A DNA stretch of 64,000 nt from an uncultured Chloroflexia bacterium (GTDB taxonomy: Bacteria > Chloroflexota > Dehalococcoidia > UBA2979). Shown here one piece after another: positions 55,875 through 64,000 of this stretch. Numbering within the stretch: position 1 is the first letter of the stretch; every line of letters begins with the position of its first letter. Both the position numbers and the translations under genes were made by a program. The stretch spans positions 512,001 to 576,000 of the forward strand of contig CAVSIV010000002.1 of assembly GCA_963728205.1 (NCBI GenBank), written 5' to 3'. The notes beneath the pieces are model-generated. The model ran no database searches and was not told the origin of the DNA. It was given only the letters and a program-made list of their open reading frames with translations.

Positions 55875-56438
55875 CTAGCCCGTGGCCACGCGCTCGATGT
55901 AGCCGCTGCCGGACGTCGATACCTTGATCGTGTCGCCGGCGTTGATGAACAGCGGGACGTTCACGACGTAGCCGGTCTCGAGCTTCGCCGGCTTCGTCGC
56001 GCCGGTGGCGGTGTCGCCCTTCACACCCGGATCGGACTCCGTGATCTTGAGCTCCACCGCCGCCGGGAGCTCCAGACCGAGCAGCTCGGCGCCGTAGAGC
56101 ACGCCCTGGGCGCTATCGCCCTCCTTGAGGTAGTGCAGCGCGTCCTCGATGATCGCGCGCGGGACCTCCATCTGCTCGAAGGTCTCCGAGTTCATGAAGG
56201 TGTACATCTCGCCGTCGCCGTAGAGGTACTGCACCGGCCGCCGCTCGACGCGCGCGGCGGTGAGCTTCTCCCCGGCGTTGAACGAGCGCTCGATGATGTG
56301 ACCGGCGCGCAGGTCGCGCATCTTCACGCGGTAGACCGCGGACTTCTTCGTCTTGATGTGCTGGACCTCGACGATCTGGTACAGCGTGCCGTCCACCTCG
56401 ACGGACGCGCCCTTCTTCAGGTCGGAAGTGCCGATCAC
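55875..56438 (-). CDS. efp: Elongation factor P (atypical loop)
   Basis: DPGVKGDTA, KPAKLETG, VPLFI, YIERV; pepP-efp synteny; SD GGAG. Confidence 0.93.
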   Translation of the reverse strand: MIGTSDLKKGASVEVDGTLYQIVEVQHIKTKKSAVYRVKMRDLRAGHIIERSFNAGEKLTAARVERRPVQYLYGDGEMYTFMNSETFEQMEVPRAIIEDALHYLKEGDSAQGVLYGAELLGLELPAAVELKITESDPGVKGDTATGATKPAKLETGYVVNVPLFINAGDTIKVSTSGSGYIERVATG

Positions 56439-57535
56439 CGTGTGACCCCCATCTCCAGGTCGAGTTTCGGCGCCGTGGAGATCGGCCGCAGGCGGCCGCC
56501 TTCCATGACGCATTGATCTTCGATGCGCACCCCGCCCCAGCCGGGGATGTAGATGCCGGGCTCGACCGTGACCACGTGGCCGTCCGCCAGCACGTCCTCC
56601 GAGAACGGCGACAGCCGCGGGTCCTCGTGGATCTCCAGCCCGACGCCGTGGCCGAGCCCGTGCCCGAAGTGATCGCCGTGCCCGGCGTCCGCGATGATCT
56701 GCTGCGCGATCAGGTGCGCGTCGCGGCCGGTCATCCCGGCCTCGATGCGCTCCTCGGCCATCGTCTGCGCGGTGAGCACGACGTCGTAGACGCGCTTGAA
56801 CTGGTCGTCGGGCTCGCCGAGGAAGACGGTGCGGGTGAGGTCCGAGCAGTAGCCGTCGACGACCACGCCCATGTCGATCACGACGCCCTGGCCGGCCTGC
56901 AGCGGCTCGTCGCTCGCGCGCCAGTGGGGGAGCGAGCCGTGCGGTCCGCCGCCGACAATCGTGTCGAACGACATCGACTCCGCGCCGTGCTCAATGGCAT
57001 AGTGCTCGATCGCCCGGGCGAGCTGACGCTCCGTCATCCCGGGCTCGATCACCGACAGCCCGTGCACGAGCGCCGCGTCGCCGAGCAGCACCGCGCGCGT
57101 CAGCGCGTCGAGCTCGGCCGGCTCTTTCACCATGCGCAGGTCCTCGACGGCATGCGGCGCCGGGACGAGCTGCGGGCGCGAGTGGGCGGGCAGGTCCGCG
57201 ATCGCGCGCGTCCACTGCTCGTACGCGGCAACGGTCATGTCCGCGGGCTCGAAGCCGACGCGCATGCCCGCCGTGCCCTCGAGCAGCGCGGGCGCCGTCC
57301 CGGTCGTGGCGCCGGCGACCTTGACGAGCGTGAAGTGCGGCGCCTGGCGGCCCACCTGCTCCCAGTAGCGCGAGTCCGTGGCGAACAGCGCGGTGTCGCG
57401 CGTGACGAGCAGCACCCCGGCGCTGCCGGTGAAGCCGGACACCCAGCGGCGGCTGACCGGGTTCGTGACCAGCAGCGCGTCGACCGCGAGCGCTTCGAAG
57501 CGGGCGCGCAGGCGCTCCAGCCGGGCGACGCTCAC
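56435..57535 (-). CDS. pepP: Xaa-Pro aminopeptidase (M24B)
   Basis: [36 protein letters not shown]. Confidence 0.92.
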   Translation of the reverse strand: MSVARLERLRARFEALAVDALLVTNPVSRRWVSGFTGSAGVLLVTRDTALFATDSRYWEQVGRQAPHFTLVKVAGATTGTAPALLEGTAGMRVGFEPADMTVAAYEQWTRAIADLPAHSRPQLVPAPHAVEDLRMVKEPAELDALTRAVLLGDAALVHGLSVIEPGMTERQLARAIEHYAIEHGAESMSFDTIVGGGPHGSLPHWRASDEPLQAGQGVVIDMGVVVDGYCSDLTRTVFLGEPDDQFKRVYDVVLTAQTMAEERIEAGMTGRDAHLIAQQIIADAGHGDHFGHGLGHGVGLEIHEDPRLSPFSEDVLADGHVVTVEPGIYIPGWGGVRIEDQCVMEGGRLRPISTAPKLDLEMGVTR

Positions 57536-57975
57536 GCCGACGCCTCGTCGGTCAGCCGCCCGTACAGCAGGTCGAGCGCGGCGAGATAGCTGCGGAAACC
57601 GAACCCCGCGATCTGCCCCCACGCCACACGGGAGAGGTACGAGTGGTGACGAAACTCCTCGCGCGCGTGGATGTTCGAGAGGTGCACCTCGACGACCGGC
57701 ACGGCGACCGCCTCGACCGCGTCGGCGATGGCCAGCGATGTGTGGGTGAGCGCCCCGGCGTTCACGATCATGCCGTCCCAGTCTCGGTGCGCATGGATCG
57801 TGTCGATCAACTCGCCCTCGTGGTTCGACTGGAAGAACGCGACCTCGACCCCGAGCTTCTCCGCGCGCGCCCGGACCAGCAGCTCGATGTCCTTGAGTGT
57901 CTGCAGTCCGTAGATCTCGGGCCGCCGACTGCCGAGCAGGTTCAGGTTCGGCCCGTTCAGGACGAGAACGCGCAT
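57532..57975 (-). CDS. aroQ: Type II 3-dehydroquinate dehydratase
   Basis: [29 protein letters not shown]. Confidence 0.96.
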   Translation of the reverse strand: MRVLVLNGPNLNLLGSRRPEIYGLQTLKDIELLVRARAEKLGVEVAFFQSNHEGELIDTIHAHRDWDGMIVNAGALTHTSLAIADAVEAVAVPVVEVHLSNIHAREEFRHHSYLSRVAWGQIAGFGFRSYLAALDLLYGRLTDEASA

Positions 57976-58027
57976 GCCTGTCTCCCTGCCGTGGAGGGCC
58001 CGCCCCTCGCTCGCAGTCTACCGTCTG

Positions 58028-59023
58028 CTACCCGCCGCCGCGCCCGCGTCGCTCCGCGTCAATCTCGCGCGCGCGGCGCATCGCCGCGTCGATCAGCGAG
58101 GCGTGCTTGCGCTGCGCGACCGAGGTGTAGATCTGGGTCGTGTCGACCGAGCTGTGGCCGAGCAGATGCTGCACCACGCGCAGGTCGGCGTCGCCTTCGA
58201 GCATATGGGTCGCAAAGGTATGGCGCAGCAGGTGCGGGTGCAGCGGCTGCAGGATGCCGGCCTGCGTCCCGGAGCGCCGCACGATGGTCTGAACCGACCG
58301 CACGGACAGCCTCCCGCCGGAGCGATTCACGAAGACGGCCGGCTGCGGCCCCTCCAAGAGCGCGGGCCGGCCGCGCTCGAAGTACGCCTCGAGCGCGGCC
58401 CGCGCGGGGTCGCCGAACAGGCAGATCCGCGTCTTGTCGCCTTTGCCGGTGACCCGCACCTGGCGGTTCACGGCGTCGACGTCGTGCATCTCCAGGCCGG
58501 CGAGCTCGCTCACGCGCAGGCCGGCGGCGTAGAGCAACTCGAGGATGGCGCGGTCGCGCAGCCCCGCGGGCGTGTCGGCGTCCGGCGCGTCGACGAGCCG
58601 CGCGGCCTCGTCCGTCGAGAGGAAGTGCGGCAGGCGCCGCGTGGCCTTCGGGTAGCGCAGGCGCAGCATGGAGTCGCCCGGCCGCGCCTCCAGCGTCACC
58701 CCGTCGGCGTCGAGCCAGCCGTAGAACGTGCGCATCGTGGTGGCGCGGCGCTTGATCGAGGCATCGGCCACGCCGCGCCGCTCGCGCAGCTCCGCGAGGT
58801 AGGCGCGCCCGAGCGCGCGGCCGGCGGCGAGGAAGGGGACCTCGCGTTGCGTGACATAACTCAGAAAGTCACCGAGGTCGGTGCGGTAGTTGCGCAGCGT
58901 GTGCTCGGAGCGGCGACGAACGTCGCGCAGATAGGCGAGGTAGCGGTCGAGCGCGGCGCGTGCCTCGGGCGACGGGGCGGGCGGCGGTGCTGCGGCGGCG
59001 GGATCGCGTCGCGCGGATGCCAT
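58028..59023 (-). CDS. xerC: Tyrosine recombinase XerC-like
   Basis: LRDRAILELLYAAGLRVSE, GKGDK, HLLRHTFATH, LGH, TQIY; dprA-topA-xerC synteny. Confidence 0.9.
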   Translation of the reverse strand: MASARRDPAAAAPPPAPSPEARAALDRYLAYLRDVRRRSEHTLRNYRTDLGDFLSYVTQREVPFLAAGRALGRAYLAELRERRGVADASIKRRATTMRTFYGWLDADGVTLEARPGDSMLRLRYPKATRRLPHFLSTDEAARLVDAPDADTPAGLRDRAILELLYAAGLRVSELAGLEMHDVDAVNRQVRVTGKGDKTRICLFGDPARAALEAYFERGRPALLEGPQPAVFVNRSGGRLSVRSVQTIVRRSGTQAGILQPLHPHLLRHTFATHMLEGDADLRVVQHLLGHSSVDTTQIYTSVAQRKHASLIDAAMRRAREIDAERRGRGGG

Positions 59024-59089
59024 GGCGCGCCTGGTTCCACCCCGCCCAGAGCGCTCGGTCTGCGTGCTCAGGCTAGCAGAGCGCGCCGG

Positions 59090-59317
59090 TTAAGGCTGCG
59101 GCCGCGGGCGGCGACGCAGGAGACGGCGCACGACGCGCCAGCCCGCCGACAGCAGGAAGAACATGCCGGCGACGAAGAACAAGCCGCCGAGCAACCACGC
59201 GGCCATCGCCGCGAACAGCCGGCGAATCGCCGAGCGCAGCGCCAGCGCCGACAGCACGAAGGCCACGACGGCGAGCACGACGCGGCCGGCGGCACCGAGC
59301 GCCGGCCGCCCGGTCAC
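59090..59317 (-). CDS. Small two-TM membrane protein
   Basis: GTGA overlap with topA stop; two hydrophobic segments, basic C-terminus. Confidence 0.5.
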   Translation of the reverse strand: MTGRPALGAAGRVVLAVVAFVLSALALRSAIRRLFAAMAAWLLGGLFFVAGMFFLLSAGWRVVRRLLRRRPRPQP

Positions 59318-62112
59318 GCCGACCTCCGCTTCCGCGCGCCGCCCGACGCGTTATTGCGCGTCGACGGTCGCCGCGTGCGTTTCGGTGCGCGCGGGTCCTT
59401 GCCCTCCGAGCGGAGCTTCTCTTCGCGGCGAGCGAGCAGGTCAATCGCATCCTCGAGGCTGAGCAGCGACGGGTCGCGCCCCTTGGGGACGGACGCGTTC
59501 ACGGTGCCGTCGGTGACGTACGGGCCGAAGCGGCCGGAGCGCACGGTAATCGGCTCGCCGCTGTCCGGATGCTTGCCGAGCTCCGCCATCACCTGCGGAC
59601 CACGCGGCGCGCCGCGCCCCGCCCGGGGCTGTGCGAGCAGCGCGAGCGCCTCGTCGAGCGTGACCGTCGCGAGCTGCTCGTGGCCGCCCTCGAGGCTGCG
59701 GTACTCGTTGCCCATGCGCACGTACGGTCCGCGCGGACCGTCCTGCGCGGTGATCGGCTCTCCACTCTCCGGGTGCGTGCCCAGCACCTTCGGGAACGAC
59801 AGCAGCAGCTTCGCCTGATCGAGAGTCAGCGTCTCCATCGACATCGTCGGCCAGAGGCTGGCACGGCGCGGCTTCGGCTGGTCCTTCGCCGCCTTGCCCT
59901 TCGCCGGCGGCGGGTCCTCGCCGAGCTGGACGTACGGGCCGTAGCGGCCGGTCTTCAGGTAGATGGGCTCGCCCGTCTCGTCGTCCTCACCGAGCACGCG
60001 GTCGCCGAGCTTCTCGTGCTCGAGCAGGCGCAGCGCCTCCTCCAGCGTCAGCTCGTCGGGCGCGAGGTCGTCGGGGAGCGATGCACGCTCGTCGCTGTCG
60101 TCGGCCTGCACGTAGGCGCCGTAGCGGCCGACGCGCACCGCGACGGTGCGCCCCTGCGCGTCCTGCCCGAGCGGGATCGACGACACGGCCCGCGCGTCGA
60201 TCGCCTCCCAGCTGTCGCCGATCGTCGCCTTCAGGCCGTCGTGCCGGAGGTGGTCGCCGGCCGGCGAGTCGGGGTTGCCGAAGTAGAACTCGCGCAGCCA
60301 CGGGCGGGCCTCGATGCGCCCTTCGGCAATCTCGTCGAGCGAGTCCTCCATGCGCGCGGTGAAGTCGAGGTCGACCAGCTCGGGGAAGTGCTGCTCGAGC
60401 AGGTTGATCACGGCGAACGCGGTGAAGGTCGGGACGAGCGCGTTGCCCTTCTTCCAGACGTAGCCGCGGTCCTGGATGGTCTGGATGATCGACGCGTAGG
60501 TCGACGGCCGGCCGATGCCGCGCTCCTCGAGCTCGCGGATCAGGCTCGCCTCGGTCCAGCGCGCCGGCGGCTGCGTCTCGTGGCCGCGCGGCGTCGTCGC
60601 CGTCGCGTCGAGCTCCTGGCCCTGGCGCAGCGGCGGCAGCACGCGCTCCTGGTCCTCGAGCTCCGCGTCCGGGTCGTCTGAGCCTTCGACGTACGCGCGC
60701 AGGAACCCGGGGAACGTGATCACCTTGCCCGACGCCTGCAGCACGGCGGTGCCGTGCTCGCCGGCATCCGCCTGCAGCCGCACCTGCGTGCGCAGACCGG
60801 TCGCGTCCCGCATCTGCGACGCGACCGTGCGCTTCCAGACGAGGTCGTACAGGCGCATCGCGTCCGCGTCGAGCTCGGAGCGCAGGCTCTCGGGCGTGCG
60901 GAAGATGTCGCCGGCCGGGCGGATCGCCTCGTGCGCCTCCTGGGCGCCCTTCGTGCTCGACGCGTAGCGGCGCGGCTGATCCGGGACGTACTCGTTGCCG
61001 TACAACGACGACGCCTGCCGCCGCGCCGCGCCGACCGCCTGCTCGGACAGGTTCGTCGAGTCGGTGCGCATGTAGGTGATGTAGCCGTTCTCGTAGAGGC
61101 GCTGCGCGACCTGCATCGTGCGCTGCACGCTGTACCGCAGCTTGCGTGCGGCTTCCTGCTGCAGGGTCGACGTGATGAACGGCGCGGGCGCGCGCTGCGT
61201 GTAGGGGCGCTCGTTGACCTCCGTGACGCTGAACGCCGCCGGCTCCAGCACGCGCGCGACGGCGGTCGCCCGGGTTTCGTCGAGGAGCGCGACGGCGGCG
61301 GCGTCCGTGAGCTCGCCGGTGGTCGAGTCGAAGTCGCGGCCGCTGGCGACGCGCCGCCCGTCCAGCTCGACGAGGCGCGCGAACACGCTCTCCTCGCGGC
61401 CGTCGCGCGTGTGCAGCGTCGCCTCGACGTCCCAGTACGCGCCCTGGCGGAAGCGCATCCGCGCGCGTTCGCGCTCGACGATCAGCCGCAACGCGGCGGA
61501 CTGCACGCGGCCGGCCGACAGGCGCGGCTTCACCTTGCGCCATAGCACCGGCGAGACCTCGTACCCGAAGAGGCGATCGAGGATGCGCCGCGCCTCCTGC
61601 GCGTCGACCAGCTGCTCGTCGACCTGGCGCGGGTTCGCGAGCGCGGCCTCGATCGCCGGGCGAGTGATCTCGTGGAACACCATGCGGTGGACGGGGACCT
61701 TCGGCTGCAGCACCTCGCGCAGGTGCCAGGCGATGGCCTCGCCCTCGCGGTCCTCATCAGTGGCGAGGTAGAGCTCGTCGGCGTCGCCCAGCAGCTTCTT
61801 CAGCTTCGTGACCTGCTGCTTCTTCGTGCTCGGCACGACGTACAGCGGCTCGAAGTCGTGATCGACGTCCACGCCGAGGCGCGCCCACGGCTCGCCCTTG
61901 ACCTTCGCGGGGATCTCGCTGGCCGTGGACGGGAGGTCGCGGATGTGGCCGATCGAGGACTCGACGACGTAGTCGGGTCCGAGGAACTGGCCAATCGTAC
62001 GGGCCTTGGCCGGCGACTCGACGATCACGAGCCGGGTCGGCGTCCGCCCGTTCGAGCGTGCGCGAGAGCGCGCCGGCCCTGTGGCTGCGTCAGTCGTCAA
62101 ACCGGCTCTCAC
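59314..62112 (-). CDS. topA: DNA topoisomerase I
   Basis: VIVESPAKA, ATDEDREGE, SAGRVQ, ITYMRTD, AQEAHEAIRP, GIGRPSTY; C-terminal GRYGPY repeats; start may be TTG 62100. Confidence 0.96.
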   Translation of the reverse strand: MRAGLTTDAATGPARSRARSNGRTPTRLVIVESPAKARTIGQFLGPDYVVESSIGHIRDLPSTASEIPAKVKGEPWARLGVDVDHDFEPLYVVPSTKKQQVTKLKKLLGDADELYLATDEDREGEAIAWHLREVLQPKVPVHRMVFHEITRPAIEAALANPRQVDEQLVDAQEARRILDRLFGYEVSPVLWRKVKPRLSAGRVQSAALRLIVERERARMRFRQGAYWDVEATLHTRDGREESVFARLVELDGRRVASGRDFDSTTGELTDAAAVALLDETRATAVARVLEPAAFSVTEVNERPYTQRAPAPFITSTLQQEAARKLRYSVQRTMQVAQRLYENGYITYMRTDSTNLSEQAVGAARRQASSLYGNEYVPDQPRRYASSTKGAQEAHEAIRPAGDIFRTPESLRSELDADAMRLYDLVWKRTVASQMRDATGLRTQVRLQADAGEHGTAVLQASGKVITFPGFLRAYVEGSDDPDAELEDQERVLPPLRQGQELDATATTPRGHETQPPARWTEASLIRELEERGIGRPSTYASIIQTIQDRGYVWKKGNALVPTFTAFAVINLLEQHFPELVDLDFTARMEDSLDEIAEGRIEARPWLREFYFGNPDSPAGDHLRHDGLKATIGDSWEAIDARAVSSIPLGQDAQGRTVAVRVGRYGAYVQADDSDERASLPDDLAPDELTLEEALRLLEHEKLGDRVLGEDDETGEPIYLKTGRYGPYVQLGEDPPPAKGKAAKDQPKPRRASLWPTMSMETLTLDQAKLLLSFPKVLGTHPESGEPITAQDGPRGPYVRMGNEYRSLEGGHEQLATVTLDEALALLAQPRAGRGAPRGPQVMAELGKHPDSGEPITVRSGRFGPYVTDGTVNASVPKGRDPSLLSLEDAIDLLARREEKLRSEGKDPRAPKRTRRPSTRNNASGGARKRRSA

Positions 62113-62138
62113 TCTCCGGACCGGGCGGCGCGGCGTGC

Positions 62139-63299
62139 CTACGGGGTCCCGAAACCAGGGGCGTTCTCGCGAACGCGGACGTACTGCATGCCCCCGACGG
62201 CGCGCGCCAGCCCCTTCAACTCAAGCATTGCGAGCGTACCGGACACCGTGGCTGCGGCCAAACCGCTCCTGCGCACGAGGTCGTCGACGTGCCGTGGCTC
62301 CAGCGTGAGCGACTCGAGCACGGCGTGCTCCTGCGGATTCGCCGGCGGCGCCAGGTGCCCGAAGTCCAGCTGCGCTCCGATCATCGTGAGGTTGAGCGCC
62401 TCCAGCACGTCCTCGGCTCCCGTCACCGGCGTCGCGCCGTCGCGCAGCAGCCCCAGCGGCCCGCGCGACTGGGGCGAGAAGATCGAGCCCGGGACGACGA
62501 ACACCTCGCGCCCCTGCTCGAGGGCGAACTTCGCCGTGATCATCGCGCCGGACGTGTGATCGCCCTCGATCACGAGCGTACCGAGCGTGAGGCCGGAGAG
62601 GATGCGGTTGCGCCGCGGGAAGAACTCGGCGCGCGGGCGGGTGCCGAGCGGGTAGTCGGTGAGCAGCGCGCCGCGCTCCTCGATCTCGGCGGCGAGGTTG
62701 CGGTTCTCCGGCGGATAGATCGTGTCGAGCCCGCTGGCGAAGACGGCGACGGTGCGGCCACCCACCTCGAGCGCCGCGCGGTGCGCAATGGTGTCGACGC
62801 CGCGCGCGAGGCCCGACACGATCGTGATCCGGTTCGCGGCGAGACCGCGCGCGAGCTCGCCGGCCGCCTGGCGGCCGTACGCGGTCGCCCGGCGCGTGCC
62901 GACGATCGCGACGCTCCACTCGTCGTCGCTGGTCCAGGCGCCACGGGCGTAGAGGAGCGGCGGCGCGTCGTCAATCTCGCGGAGGCGGGCGGGGTAGTCG
63001 GGGTCGCTCCGTGCGAGCGGGCGCACGCCGGCGGCGGCGAGCCGCTCCAGCTCGCCCGCCGGGTCGATCGCCGCGCGCGCCGAGACGAGCGCGGCAGCGG
63101 AGCGATCGTCCAGCCCGGCCGCGAGGAGCTCGCCGCGCGACGCGCGCCATGCCGCCTCCAGCGACGGGAAGCCGCGCTCGAGCACCCCGAAGCGCACCGC
63201 GCCCAGCCGGCGCACACGGTGCAGCGCCACGCGGTACGCGAGGTCCTCGGGCGGCCCCGCCGCGGGCGCCGACGCGGGTTCGGGCAATCGCAGGCTCAT
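62139..63299 (-). CDS. dprA: DNA-processing protein DprA
   Basis: AIVGTR, VSGLARGVD, FPRRNRILSG, SGAMITA; C-terminal winged helix. Confidence 0.95.
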   Translation of the reverse strand: MSLRLPEPASAPAAGPPEDLAYRVALHRVRRLGAVRFGVLERGFPSLEAAWRASRGELLAAGLDDRSAAALVSARAAIDPAGELERLAAAGVRPLARSDPDYPARLREIDDAPPLLYARGAWTSDDEWSVAIVGTRRATAYGRQAAGELARGLAANRITIVSGLARGVDTIAHRAALEVGGRTVAVFASGLDTIYPPENRNLAAEIEERGALLTDYPLGTRPRAEFFPRRNRILSGLTLGTLVIEGDHTSGAMITAKFALEQGREVFVVPGSIFSPQSRGPLGLLRDGATPVTGAEDVLEALNLTMIGAQLDFGHLAPPANPQEHAVLESLTLEPRHVDDLVRRSGLAAATVSGTLAMLELKGLARAVGGMQYVRVRENAPGFGTP

Positions 63300-63486
63300 C
63301 GCCCAGCAGGCTACGCAGTGCAGGGGTCGCGGGTTGCGGGGCGCGGCCCGGAAACGTGCGGGGCCGACACCGCGACCTTGCGGGCGCCTTGCGGGCCGCG
63401 GCCCGCGAGGCGAGCGGTTCGTCGGGGTACCGCGCAGCCGGAAGCAGCGCCTTGGCCGCCCCCGCTCGCCTCCAGCGCGGTCGGCG

Positions 63487-64000
<514 letters not shown>

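Noticed and set aside
58028-59023. Tyrosine recombinase as a mobile-element integrase
   Set aside because: The dprA-topA-xerC context and motifs indicate housekeeping XerC
63300-63486. Possible SRP RNA (CCGGAAGCAGC) among GC hairpins upstream of dprA
   Set aside because: Lacks the full conserved SRP helix-8 pattern (CAGG...GGAA...GGAAGCAG); hairpins are expected at this GC content

Overview
High-GC bacterial chromosomal window, mostly core genome. The gene content and style (Tat-lipoprotein family-5 solute-binding protein, stand-alone PurN with a GWFxTxRG start, long RpoD, orphan FtsZ) suggest Chloroflexota/Dehalococcoidia; this is inference only. It holds about 50 CDS, including dgt-dnaG-rpoD, ppdK, cmk-plsC-glmS, dprA-topA-xerC-aroQ-pepP-efp-xseAB-purN, pcrA, ftsZ and an M16 peptidase pair, plus tRNA-Phe(GAA). 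I saw no CRISPR array, prophage or transposase. The features most worth a second look are: (1) a ~10.4 kb giant secreted repeat protein convergent on tRNA-Phe, with nested domain insertions and one frameshift; (2) a palindromic -10 element that appears to drive two divergent leaderless genes whose starts are 20 nt apart; (3) a 30-bp inverted-repeat element present twice, 49 kb apart; (4) an EF-P lacking the canonical PGKG loop; (5) a probable ATT start codon for cmk. I cannot claim a complete new multi-gene system from sequence alone.
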